Positions 18,170 to 27,344 of a DNA stretch of 51,680 nt are shown here, one piece after another. The translations under genes were made by a program, and so were the position numbers. Numbering within the stretch: the first letter of the stretch is position 1; the number at the start of each line of letters is the position of its first letter. This DNA is from Planctomycetota bacterium (GTDB lineage: Bacteria > Planctomycetota > UBA1135 > GCA-002686595). Location: the NCBI GenBank assembly GCA_044359835.1, contig JBIKLM010000001.1, positions 1-51,680 of the forward strand. Direction: 5' to 3'. The notes under the pieces are model-generated. The model worked only from the letters and a program-made list of their open reading frames with translations, was not told the DNA's origin and did not search any database.

Positions 18170-19602
18170 CCCTGTGGAGCGGATTGCTGACCGCCGTGGA
18201 GCTGGTCGGTGTGTTCAACGCCGCCCACGCGGTCATGAACGTGCGCGCGCCGTCGTCCGCCCTGGCCTGGGCGGTCCTGCTGGTGGCCCTGCCCTGGGTG
18301 GCTGTGCCGGCCTATTGGGTGCTCGGGCGCACCAAGTTCAACGGCTACGGGCGCGGGCTGCGCGCGGCCCAAGCTCGCTATCGCACCACGCTGCAGGATC
18401 TGTTCGGCGAGGCCAAGCGCCATCAAAGCGTGCTGGACCCGCGCATCGAGAGCCTCGGACAGACCCTGCGCCATCTGCTGCCCCTGGGCTTCACCGAGGG
18501 CAACCTCTCCCGCATCCTGATCGACGGCGAAGCGATCTACGCCGCCATGCTGGCGGACATCCAGGCCGCGCGCCACAGCGTGTTCCTGCAGGTCTACATC
18601 CTGCGCGACGATGGGACCGGCGAGCGCTTCCTGGCGGCTCTGGCTGAGCGCGCCGCGGCGGGCTTGAGCGTGTGCCTGCTCTACGACGAGATCGGCAGCT
18701 TCGACCTGTCGGATACCTTCCTCCGGCGCGTCCGGGCGGCCGGCATCCGCAGCAGCGGCTTCAAGACCACCCGCGGACCGGGCAACCGCTTCCAGATCAA
18801 CTTCAGGAACCATCGCAAGATCCTGCTGGTCGACGGCCGCATCGGCTATTGCGGCGGTGTCAACATCGGCGACGAGTACCTGGGACAGGACCCCGAGATC
18901 GGACCCTGGCGGGACACGCAGATGCGTCTCGAGGGGCCGGCCGTCAAGCTGCTGCAGGCCTCGTTCCTGGCGGATTGGTACTGGGCCACGGGGGAAGCCC
19001 TGCGCGGCGATTGGAGCGTGGTGCTGCCGGCCCCGGAGGGGCGCGCCGTGTGCGCTGCGCCAGCGGCCGTCGTGTGCAGCGGCCCCTCGGATCCGATCGA
19101 GATCTGCAGCCTGTTCTTTAACGCCCTGTTCGCCACCGCGCGCCGCCGGCTGTGGATCGCGACACCCTACTTCGTGCCCGATCGCGCCACTTTGGCGGCC
19201 CTCAAGGCCGCCGCCCTGCGCGGGGTCGATGTGCGCATCCTGGTGCCGCTGCGCGCCGATCACCTGGTGCCGCGCCTGTGCTCGCTCAGCTACTACGACG
19301 AGATCAAACACGTCGGCATCCAGCTGTTCCATTACCACGCCGGCTTCATGCACCAAAAGGTGGCCCTGGTCGACGACCAGCTCGCCGCGGTCGGTTCGGT
19401 GAACCTCGACAACCGCTCGTTCCACCTGAACTTCGAGGCCACCGCCGTGACCCGCCAGCCGGCTGCGGTCCAGACCCTGGAGGACGCCCTGCGGCGCGAT
19501 TTCGAGCAGGCCACACCTGCGGACCTCGACACCTACGCCAAGCAGCCCTGGTGGAAGCGCGTGGTGATCCGCTTGACGCGCCTGATGTCCGGACAATTGT
19601 GA
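18166..19602 (+). CDS. cls: cardiolipin synthase (phospholipase D superfamily, two HKD motifs)
   Basis: There are two N-terminal TM helices. HKD motif 1 is NHRKILLVDGRIGYCGGVNIGDEY and HKD motif 2 is MHQKVALVDDQLAAVGSVNLDNRSF. The GTG start overlaps the upstream stop. Confidence 0.85.
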   Translation: MTLWSGLLTAVELVGVFNAAHAVMNVRAPSSALAWAVLLVALPWVAVPAYWVLGRTKFNGYGRGLRAAQARYRTTLQDLFGEAKRHQSVLDPRIESLGQTLRHLLPLGFTEGNLSRILIDGEAIYAAMLADIQAARHSVFLQVYILRDDGTGERFLAALAERAAAGLSVCLLYDEIGSFDLSDTFLRRVRAAGIRSSGFKTTRGPGNRFQINFRNHRKILLVDGRIGYCGGVNIGDEYLGQDPEIGPWRDTQMRLEGPAVKLLQASFLADWYWATGEALRGDWSVVLPAPEGRAVCAAPAAVVCSGPSDPIEICSLFFNALFATARRRLWIATPYFVPDRATLAALKAAALRGVDVRILVPLRADHLVPRLCSLSYYDEIKHVGIQLFHYHAGFMHQKVALVDDQLAAVGSVNLDNRSFHLNFEATAVTRQPAAVQTLEDALRRDFEQATPADLDTYAKQPWWKRVVIRLTRLMSGQL

Positions 19603-19658
19603 CCGCGGAGTCTGGCGGGAGCCTTCCCGATCCGCGCCGCTGCGCTTAGGCTGGCCCC

Positions 19659-21866
19659 ATGCGCTCGTCTTGCCCCCGAGCGTCCGCCTGGCTCGCCGGC
19701 GCGACGCTGTGCCTGTCCCCGCTCGCGGCCCATGGCGCCGCGCTCCGGTATCCAATTTCCGCTTCGAGTTCGCGCCCGCAGTCAGCGGAAGATCCCGAGC
19801 CGGCGAGGTCCACATGCCGGCTCCGCGGCCAGCTCGTGGATGTCGCCGGACAGCCCTTGGCCGGCGTGGAGGTCGCCGGCGGCGACAAGGCATTCGAGCC
19901 CAACGAGCGGGGCGAGTACGTCTGGGTCTACCAGTCCACGGCCGTTTCCGCCGCCGATGGCCGTTTCGAGCTGACGTTGGAGTCGGTTCCCGAGGGGGAC
20001 GAGCTCGAAATCGTCTTCCGGCTGCCCGGTCTGTTGCCGGCGGAATTGCACCTGCCAACGCGGCTTTCCGGTGGAATCGAGCTCGGCTCGATCCCCCTGC
20101 GCCGCGGGGTGCCTGTGCAGGTCGCGCTGCACGACACCCAAGGCCGGCCGCTGCACGAGGGCTGGACGTTCGAGGTGCCTAGCTTGATGACGCCCGTCAA
20201 GCGCATCGCGGGGGGCGAATTGAAGCACGGGGTGAGCTCCAGCGGATTTTCAGCGGACCTGGGTCCCGACGGCCTGCGGATCGAGGCCATGCGGCCCGGA
20301 ACGAAGCGCTTGCGGCTGGAGCACTTCTCGGGTGCGGGGGTCGAGGTCGAGTTCGAAGTGCCCGAGTGGTCCCCGGAGGTCTCCGCGGTCGAGGTCCAGG
20401 CCGTCTACGACGGTCCCGACCTCAGCGGGCTGATCGCGATCCGCTTTGCGTTGAACGACTTTTTTGACCTTCCGCCGGGCTCGCCCCTTTCGCCCCAGGG
20501 GATCGAGGTCTTCGGCCCGGACGGGCCCCTGCCGCTCACGATCGGCTTCGATCCGGCCACGGCGCGTCCGCTGTCACAGGCCCGCGACGTGCCCGCCCCG
20601 AGCGGTGTCCCGGGTCTGTCGTTCCGGATCGGACCCCAGGAGTCGATCTTCGTGCGCTCCGGCGGGAAACAGCCCATGACGCTGAGCGTCCTCGATCCCC
20701 GCTACATTCCCCTGATGCGCTCGCTCGAGCCCTCCGGGGAGGTCACGGAGATCCGGATCGAAGGCAATTCAAGCCTGATCCTGGAGCTCGTCGATCGGGC
20801 CAGCGGGGAGGCGATCCAAGAAGCCCAGATCGCTCTCGAAGTCGACGGCAGCTTCGAGACGTTCGATTTCCTGGATGCGAGCGATCTTTCAGCCGAGGAT
20901 GGGGGCACCGTGACCCGGCGCGTCCTCCGGGGCCTGCCGCCCGATGCCCTGCGGTTACGCATCCAGGCAGACGGTCACGGTCACCAGAAGTTGGAACTGC
21001 CGGCCGTCGAACCCGGTGGCACCCGCCGGCTGCGCGTGGAACTGGATGGCTCGGTCTGGGCCAGGATCGTGGGTCAGATCGAAGGTCAGGCTCCGCTCCA
21101 ACTGTTCCGTGCGCTTGTGCTCCAGAATTCGCCGGCCTATGTGGTGCCCAATTACCAGATTTTCGAACCGGAGACGATTGAGCCGGGCTTGTTCGAATTG
21201 GACGACCTCTTCTATTGGGAGGGGACCGGATCGATGAGTTTCCGGCTGATCGCCGGGGACCGCATGCTGCGCTTGGCGGGGCCCGTGGAGTTCAATCTGG
21301 CGGAGATCCCGGGCCAAACCTTCGAGCTGCAGCTCGAACCGAGCTGCACCCTGCGCGGAAACCTCGTTTTGCCCGCCGAGCTGCGCCGCGGACGGCTGCC
21401 GCTGCGTTTGACCCGCGATCGCATCCAGGAATCGCTTTCGCTCCAGAACCTGGGCAACCAGCTCTGCCCCCCCGATGGGGATCCGGACCTGTTCCTGGCC
21501 CTGGACGCGCCGAGTTACGAGCTTTCTGGCTTCGCGCCGGACGTGTATCGCCTGCATCCGGCCACGCCGGGCAGCGACCCGCGGGCCGTGCTGGCCGAGG
21601 TCGATCTGTCCGCCGGCGGGGTGCTCCAGCGCGACCTGGATCTCTCGGCCCACGTGCCGGCCTCTCTCGAGGTGCTGTTGCCGCAAGGTCTGCCGGCGCT
21701 CGAGCTGGTGCTGGCCGGGCCTGGCCGGGAGGTGCGCAGCGGCCCTTTCTCCTCGGGCAGCGCCGCCTTCGGCAGCCTGGCGCCCGGCCGCTATCGCGCC
21801 GCGCTGCGCGGCATCGCGCCGACCGGCGCCGGCCTGTGGGAGATCGGGCTGCCGAGCGAGCTGTAG
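19659..21866 (+). CDS. large exported protein with carboxypeptidase-regulatory-like beta-sandwich repeats (paralog of 22329..24386), ended by an in-frame TAG
   Basis: Signal peptide MRSSCPRASAWLAGATLCLSPLAAHGAA. CRLRGQLVDVAGQPLAGVEVA...ADGRFELTL is a CarboxypepD_reg-type unit. It is collinear by eye with the downstream paralog (IPLRRG.PVQ.AL.D..GR, PEWSPEV..V...AVY.GPD, PLPL.IGFDPA.ARP). Confidence 0.75.
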   Translation: MRSSCPRASAWLAGATLCLSPLAAHGAALRYPISASSSRPQSAEDPEPARSTCRLRGQLVDVAGQPLAGVEVAGGDKAFEPNERGEYVWVYQSTAVSAADGRFELTLESVPEGDELEIVFRLPGLLPAELHLPTRLSGGIELGSIPLRRGVPVQVALHDTQGRPLHEGWTFEVPSLMTPVKRIAGGELKHGVSSSGFSADLGPDGLRIEAMRPGTKRLRLEHFSGAGVEVEFEVPEWSPEVSAVEVQAVYDGPDLSGLIAIRFALNDFFDLPPGSPLSPQGIEVFGPDGPLPLTIGFDPATARPLSQARDVPAPSGVPGLSFRIGPQESIFVRSGGKQPMTLSVLDPRYIPLMRSLEPSGEVTEIRIEGNSSLILELVDRASGEAIQEAQIALEVDGSFETFDFLDASDLSAEDGGTVTRRVLRGLPPDALRLRIQADGHGHQKLELPAVEPGGTRRLRVELDGSVWARIVGQIEGQAPLQLFRALVLQNSPAYVVPNYQIFEPETIEPGLFELDDLFYWEGTGSMSFRLIAGDRMLRLAGPVEFNLAEIPGQTFELQLEPSCTLRGNLVLPAELRRGRLPLRLTRDRIQESLSLQNLGNQLCPPDGDPDLFLALDAPSYELSGFAPDVYRLHPATPGSDPRAVLAEVDLSAGGVLQRDLDLSAHVPASLEVLLPQGLPALELVLAGPGREVRSGPFSSGSAAFGSLAPGRYRAALRGIAPTGAGLWEIGLPSEL

Positions 21867-21908
21867 CTCGCGCCTGGCCAGGCTCAGGTCTGGCGCCCGG
21901 AGATCGCC

Positions 21909-22196
21909 ATGACCCGCGGCCGTGTGCGGATCCTGTCCGCGGACGGCGCGCCCCTGCGCGAGGCCGAACTCTGGCTGCGCTTCGATCCGAACCAGGATCC
22001 AGCCAAGCTGATCGAAGAATCCGTGGCGGTCTGCACCGACGCCGAGGGCTGGCTCGACCTGGATCTGCCCGCCGCTCCCTTCCGCCTGTTCCCCCCGGGC
22101 AAGCGGCCCCCCAAGCGCATCGCCGGGCCCTCGCGCTCGCGCTCGGCCGCCCTGGATTGGCCCGCCCTCCAGGGCCGCGAGCTGCGCTTGCCCTGA
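21909..22196 (+). CDS. detached C-terminal domain of the preceding paralog (split-gene fragment)
   Basis: It is in the same frame as 19659..21866, 14 codons after the TAG. GRVRILSADGAPLREAELWL..DP.QDPA......TDAEGWLDLDLPAAPFRLFPPGK.PP aligns without gaps to the last 95 residues of 22329..24386. Confidence 0.5.
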   Translation: MTRGRVRILSADGAPLREAELWLRFDPNQDPAKLIEESVAVCTDAEGWLDLDLPAAPFRLFPPGKRPPKRIAGPSRSRSAALDWPALQGRELRLP

Positions 22197-22328
22197 GCAG
22201 AAAATCGCGATTCCCCCGGGGCCGCGACCGGGCCCCACGAGCCGAGTTCGCCAGCGACCCCCACCCGGTCCATCGGCTTGGCTCTCGTGCTGCTTGCCTG
22301 CTGCCTGGACTCCGAAGAGATCTCCGCC

Positions 22329-24386
22329 ATGAACTCGACCCCTCGCCAACTGCGCGCCCGGATCCAAAGCGCGGTCCTTGTCTGTGCCTGTCTGCTGTTG
22401 GGCGCCCGCGCCGCGCAGCCGTGGGATGCGGAGCCCGATCCGCGGTCGACTCCAACCTGGGGCAGCGCTTCGCAGGACGCGCCGCCCCCTCCGCCCCCGC
22501 CGCCCCTGCCGAGTTCCGCGGCGACCGTGCGCGGCCGCGTGATCGACGAGGGCGGGCAGCCCCTGGCCGATGCACTCATCGAACTCGGACCGCCGGGTTA
22601 CACCAAGCAGGGCGATCTCGATTGGGTCGCGGTCTATGAACCGGGCGCCCGGACAGGGCCCGATGGGCGTTTCGAGTTCAAGCTGGAACTGGACGAACAG
22701 GTGCCGGCCATGCGACCGGCCAGGGCCAAGACCTACAGTCGATGGAGGTACCTGCGGATCTCTGCACCGGGTTTCGTGTCCACCACGCGCTCTCTGTCCG
22801 AACCCATCGACGGGGCCTACGAAGGCGGCGACATCCCGTTGCGGCGCGGCACGCCCGTGCAGCTCGCGCTCGAGGACCCCACCGGCCGGGTGCTGTACAC
22901 CGGCTGCAGCTTCCTGGGTCCTGATCCCTTGGAGCAGGCCGTGAAGCGACTCGACCGCTCCGAAGCCGGCACTGTCCCGCGCCCGAAGACCGGGATCGGC
23001 AGGACGTCGATCGTGGCTCCCGATCCCGTTTTGCCCCTCGGCCGCGAGGGAGTGCGCATCCAGGCCATGGAAGCGGGTCGGCAGCGGCTTCTGGTCAGGC
23101 ATTCCTCCGGCGCCCAGGCGGACCTCGAGCTCGACGTGCCCCCCTGGTCGCCGGAGGTCGGTGTGGTCCAGGCCCGCGCCGTTTACACGGGCCCCGACAC
23201 GGCCGAGCTGCGGGTCGTGGAATTCAGTCTGCTCTCTTCGTTGCCGCTCTCGCCCGCCGCGGCGCAGGCGCCCTCCGGCATCGAAGTGCGCGGACGCGGC
23301 GGCCCGCTGCCGCTGCGGATCGGATTCGATCCGGCCAGCGCCCGCCCGTTCGCGGAGGCGCGCGCCGCGGGACCCGCCCAACCGCCTTCAAGCTTCGATG
23401 GCTCCCCTTCCCATCATCAGCCGATCGAGCGGATCTACGTCCAACACGCCCTGGCCGAACAGCTCGAGCTGATCCTCGACGATCCCCGCTTCCTCCCGGA
23501 GGTCGTGGCGCTGCTTCCCGACGGTCAGGTCACCAAGGTGACCCTGGAAGGCAATAGCACGCTCCTGCTGGAGGTCGTCGAACAGGGCAGCGGGCGAGCG
23601 ATCGCCGACTACACGGTTTGGCGCCGATTGGGCGATTCCCATTCCTATCGGCTCAGCACCATCTCTTCCCCCACCCAGGGAAGCGGCGGCAGTCGTCGGA
23701 TCCTGCGTGGATTGTTGCCGGACCCTGAAACGTTGCGGATCAGCGCCGACGGCTACCTGGACCTGGATATCGAGCTGGCCGCCATAACGCCGGGGGGGCG
23801 GCGCGACCTGCGGGTCGAGCTGGAGCGCGATCTGTCCGGCGAGCCGCCGGCTTCCTTGGAGGTGCTCGCTCCAGAAGGGCTGGCGCCGTTCGAGCTCGTG
23901 CTGTCTGATTCCAAGGGGCGGGTGCGCCGCGGCTCGATCGAAGGGGAGCGGGGCCTGCTTGAGGACCTGATCCCGGGCCGCTATCGGGTCGGCCTGCGGG
24001 CCCTGGGGTCCAACGGCCGGCTGCGCTTCGCGATCGCCTTTCCAGAGGAGCTCCAGTTGGCCCCGGGGGAGGCCCGCGTGTGGCAGCTCGACCTGGCGCT
24101 CCACACCGGGCGGGTGCGTCTGCTGGATGCGGCCGGCCAGCCCCTGCGCCGGGCCCGGCCGTGGCTGCAAGGGGACCCGCGGCAGGATCCCGCGGACGTG
24201 GCCAGGGACCCGGCGCGCCTCGCGACCGACGCCGAAGGCTGGCTCGAGCTGACCCTGCCCGCAGCCACCTTCCGGCTGTTCCCGCCCGGCAAGGCGCCGC
24301 CGGACCGCACCCTGGGCGCCGATTGGGCGCGCACCCTGGCCTTCGATTGGCCCGCCGCGATCGGGACCGACCTGCGGCTGCCTTGA
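22329..24386 (+). CDS. large exported protein with carboxypeptidase-regulatory-like beta-sandwich repeats (intact paralog)
   Basis: The ATG at 22329 gives MNSTPRQLRARIQSAVLVCACLLLGARAAQP (signal peptide). TVRGRVIDEGGQPLADALIEL...PDGRFEFKL follows. The gene has the same architecture as 19659..22196. Confidence 0.75.
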   Translation: MNSTPRQLRARIQSAVLVCACLLLGARAAQPWDAEPDPRSTPTWGSASQDAPPPPPPPPLPSSAATVRGRVIDEGGQPLADALIELGPPGYTKQGDLDWVAVYEPGARTGPDGRFEFKLELDEQVPAMRPARAKTYSRWRYLRISAPGFVSTTRSLSEPIDGAYEGGDIPLRRGTPVQLALEDPTGRVLYTGCSFLGPDPLEQAVKRLDRSEAGTVPRPKTGIGRTSIVAPDPVLPLGREGVRIQAMEAGRQRLLVRHSSGAQADLELDVPPWSPEVGVVQARAVYTGPDTAELRVVEFSLLSSLPLSPAAAQAPSGIEVRGRGGPLPLRIGFDPASARPFAEARAAGPAQPPSSFDGSPSHHQPIERIYVQHALAEQLELILDDPRFLPEVVALLPDGQVTKVTLEGNSTLLLEVVEQGSGRAIADYTVWRRLGDSHSYRLSTISSPTQGSGGSRRILRGLLPDPETLRISADGYLDLDIELAAITPGGRRDLRVELERDLSGEPPASLEVLAPEGLAPFELVLSDSKGRVRRGSIEGERGLLEDLIPGRYRVGLRALGSNGRLRFAIAFPEELQLAPGEARVWQLDLALHTGRVRLLDAAGQPLRRARPWLQGDPRQDPADVARDPARLATDAEGWLELTLPAATFRLFPPGKAPPDRTLGADWARTLAFDWPAAIGTDLRLP

Positions 24387-24590
24387 GCCGGGGCGGGCGT
24401 CGGGTTGGCGCCGGGCCTTGGTCCATCGCGGGGGCTTCGGGACCCTGGCGCGGACAAGCGGAGCGTGGGCTGCCCGCCCCAGGCCCAACCCGACGGCAGG
24501 ACGGCATCTGCGTGGATCCGATCGCCAGCGCCCGGGAACCAGCCCGCTATGCTGGCATCCAAGGAGTTGCGCCCAGTGCGCCCGCCGCCC

Positions 24591-24968
24591 ATGGAAAAGA
24601 AATTGAGCGTCTACGACCCGGCCCTCTGCTGCTCCACCGGGGTCTGCGGGCCCGCGGTCGATCCCGAGCTGGCCCGTGTCGCCGCCGACCTGGCCTGGTT
24701 GGCCGATCAGGGGGTGGCCGTGGAGCGCTACAACCTCTCCCAGCAGCCGGCCGCTTTCGCGCTGAATTCCCTGGTGCGCGGTGCTTTGGAGCGCGGCAAT
24801 CAGGTGCTGCCGCTGGTCGTCGCGGACGGGCGCATCGTCGCGGAAGGGCATTACCCATCTCGGGAGACTTTAGCGGCGCTGTGTGGGCTGGTGCTGCGCC
24901 CCGCAGCGACCCAGCCGACCCCGGCCAACGCCTGCCGCCCGCAGGCCAGCGGCGGCTCCTGCTGCTGA
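24591..24968 (+). CDS. arsD: arsenical resistance metallochaperone/repressor ArsD
   Basis: MEKKLSVYDPALCCSTGVCGP reproduces the ArsD N-terminus with the Cys12/Cys13/Cys18-equivalent triad. A thioredoxin-like remainder and a C-terminal GGSCC follow. An in-frame GTG at 24576, preceded by AAGGAG, is an alternative start. Confidence 0.85.
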   Translation: MEKKLSVYDPALCCSTGVCGPAVDPELARVAADLAWLADQGVAVERYNLSQQPAAFALNSLVRGALERGNQVLPLVVADGRIVAEGHYPSRETLAALCGLVLRPAATQPTPANACRPQASGGSCC

Positions 24969-25204
24969 TCTGCGTAGAAGGCATCGTCTCGGGCCGCGCC
25001 CGAGCCATCCGATCAGGCCTCCCGCAGGAACTCGCCTGGCGACTCTGCGGGCATCGGGCCGAGAGCGAAGTGCCGGCCGGCGCATCGTCCAAAGCCTCGA
25101 CCGAAGACCGGCGCATGCAGCTTGTCGACGGCCCAAGGCGCGATGTGGGCCTGCTGCGCTAGAGGCGGCTCGCAGACGCGGCTTGGCTTTGGCGCCCGAT
25201 TCCC

Positions 25205-27085
25205 ATGTCCGCTCAACGACCCGCTCCCATGCCAAAGCCCAGTCCGATCGTTTTCCTAGAGGATCCGCCGCGCATCCTGCTCTTCACCGGCAAAGGTGGG
25301 GTCGGCAAGACCAGCGTGGCCTGCGCCACCGCGCTGCGTCTGGTGAGCCTGGGTCGGCGGGTGCTGCTGGTCAGCACCGATCCGGCTTCCAACCTGGACG
25401 AGGTGCTCGGGGTGGCCTTGGGTGCGAGCCCCACGCCCGTACCCGGGGCACCTGGCCTGTCCGCACTGAACATCGACCCGGTGGCGGCCGCGGCCGCCTA
25501 TCGTGAGCGCTTGGTAGGGCCCTACCGGGCCCTGCTGCCTGCGGCGGCTGTGCGCAGCATCGAAGAGCAGCTCTCCGGCGCCTGCACCGTCGAAATCGCG
25601 GCCTTCGACGAGTTCTCCAAGCTGCTCGGCGATCCCGCGGCCAGCGCGGACTTCGATCATGTCGTGTTCGACACGGCACCGACCGGCCACACCCTGCGGC
25701 TCCTGGAGCTGCCGGCCGCTTGGAGCGGGTTCCTAGGCAGCGGCGGTGGCAGCGCCTCTTGCCTTGGGCCCCTGGCGGGGCTCGAGGCCCAGCGTGGACT
25801 GTACGCCTCGAGCCGTGCCGCCCTCGAGGATCGAGCACGCACGCTCTTGGTCCTCGTGGCCCGCGCTGAATCCGCGGCTTTGCGCGAGGCAGAGCGCACG
25901 CGCGCCGAGCTCGCCGCGCTGGGCATCGGCAACCTGGCGCTGGTGATCAACGGACGCTTTCTGGCCGGGGAACCGAGCGATCCCGTGGCGGCAGCCTTCC
26001 AGCGGCGCGACGAGACGGCGCTGGCAGCCTTGCCCAGGGGGCTGGCGGCTCTCCCGCGGCTCGATCTGCCGCTGCTGCCCTTCGGACTGGTGGGTCTGCA
26101 GGCCCTGGAACGGCTCCTGCCGGACGGCGTCGGGTTGTCTGTGCCTGCCCTCGACATGCGCGCCGAAAAACCCGGAGCCGAGGCTCTTGCCGCGCGGAAT
26201 CCCTTGACGGGCGCCGAAGTCCCCGCGACCCAGGATCTCCCCCCGGGGCTCGAGAGCCTGCTGCCCGAACTCGAACGGCCCGGCCATGGCGCGATCTTGA
26301 CCATGGGCAAGGGCGGGGTCGGCAAGACCACCGTGGCGGTGACTCTGGCGCTCGAATTGGCGCGCCGCGGGCATCGGGTGCACCTGACGACCACCGATCC
26401 CGCCGCTCATGTGAGCGCTGCCCTGATCGCGGCGGCGGGCGAGCGATTGCCGCCGGGCCTGACTGTCGATCGCATCGATCCGGCGGCGGAGGTCGCCGCC
26501 TACAGCGCCGAGGTCTTGGCCAAGGCCGGGGCCGCTCTGGACCCCGCGGGTCGAGCGCTGCTCGAAGAGGATCTGCGCAGCCCCTGCACCGAGGAGATCG
26601 CGGTATTCCAGGCTTTCGCTCGCCGGGTCGACCGCGGCCGCGACGCTTTCGTGGTGATCGACACCGCCCCGACGGGGCACAGCCTGCTCTTGCTGGACGC
26701 GGCCGAGAGCTACCACCGCGAGGTCGAACGATCGAGCGGAGCGGTGCCCGAGGAGGTCCGCCGCCTGCTGCCGCGCCTGCGCGACCCAGAATTCACGCGC
26801 ATCCTGCTGATCACGCTCCCCGAGGCCACGCCGGTGCACGAGGCCGTGCACCTGCAGTCAGACCTCGGACGCGCCGGAATCCGCCCCTTTGCCTGGGTCA
26901 TCAACCAAAGCCTCAGCCCGCTGAGATTGCGGGATCCGCTGCTGCTGCGCCGCCGCGCCCACGAAGCGCGCTACATCGCCGAGGTGCTGGCCCAGGGATC
27001 GAGGGTTGCCCTGTTGCCTTGGTCCGCAGCGGAGCGAGCGCCCGCTTCCCAGGTCGTTTCTGAGGCTTCCCGCACGATTCCCTAG
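25205..27085 (+). CDS. arsA: arsenite-stimulated ATPase ArsA (two homologous halves)
   Basis: P-loops FTGKGGVGKTS and GKGGVGKTT. Signature motifs DTAPTGHTLRLL and DTAPTGHSLLLL. The three As(III)-ligand cysteines have the expected context (GACTVEIAAFDEF, SASCLGPLAGLE, SPCTEEIAVFQAF). The ATG at 25229 is an alternative start. Confidence 0.9.
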   Translation: MSAQRPAPMPKPSPIVFLEDPPRILLFTGKGGVGKTSVACATALRLVSLGRRVLLVSTDPASNLDEVLGVALGASPTPVPGAPGLSALNIDPVAAAAAYRERLVGPYRALLPAAAVRSIEEQLSGACTVEIAAFDEFSKLLGDPAASADFDHVVFDTAPTGHTLRLLELPAAWSGFLGSGGGSASCLGPLAGLEAQRGLYASSRAALEDRARTLLVLVARAESAALREAERTRAELAALGIGNLALVINGRFLAGEPSDPVAAAFQRRDETALAALPRGLAALPRLDLPLLPFGLVGLQALERLLPDGVGLSVPALDMRAEKPGAEALAARNPLTGAEVPATQDLPPGLESLLPELERPGHGAILTMGKGGVGKTTVAVTLALELARRGHRVHLTTTDPAAHVSAALIAAAGERLPPGLTVDRIDPAAEVAAYSAEVLAKAGAALDPAGRALLEEDLRSPCTEEIAVFQAFARRVDRGRDAFVVIDTAPTGHSLLLLDAAESYHREVERSSGAVPEEVRRLLPRLRDPEFTRILLITLPEATPVHEAVHLQSDLGRAGIRPFAWVINQSLSPLRLRDPLLLRRRAHEARYIAEVLAQGSRVALLPWSAAERAPASQVVSEASRTIP

Positions 27086-27344
27086 GCTGCTACGGGAGCC
27101 CCCGGGCGAGGCTCGGGGCCCGGCGGCATGAAAGACCAAATCTGGGCCACGGGCCCGCTCGCGCCTGTGGCGGGCCCCGCCGGCTGCCGGCTAGGACAGG
27201 CGCCGCGGTCATTGCGCACCGCAATGGTGGGAGTTCGAGAGCCGGGCGCCCGCTGGCACGGCGCGGCCGCTACGCTCGCTTTGCCGCCGTGGAGTTCCCG
27301 CGGCGGTCAGTCCTGGGGCTGATCCCCGGTCCGCGGAGGAAACC

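Noticed and set aside
22194-22250. Possible additional repeat copy after the split-gene fragment (CTGAGCAGAAAATCGCGATTCCCCCGGGGCCGCGACCGGGCCCC)
   Set aside because: It shares only the stop codon, the A-run and the ATCG layout plus a generic GC hairpin. The similarity is too short to distinguish from chance.
20955-23381. 808-aa minus-strand ORF spanning both giant paralogs
   Set aside because: It is antisense to two plus-strand genes that are mutually homologous, and it has a low-complexity translation.
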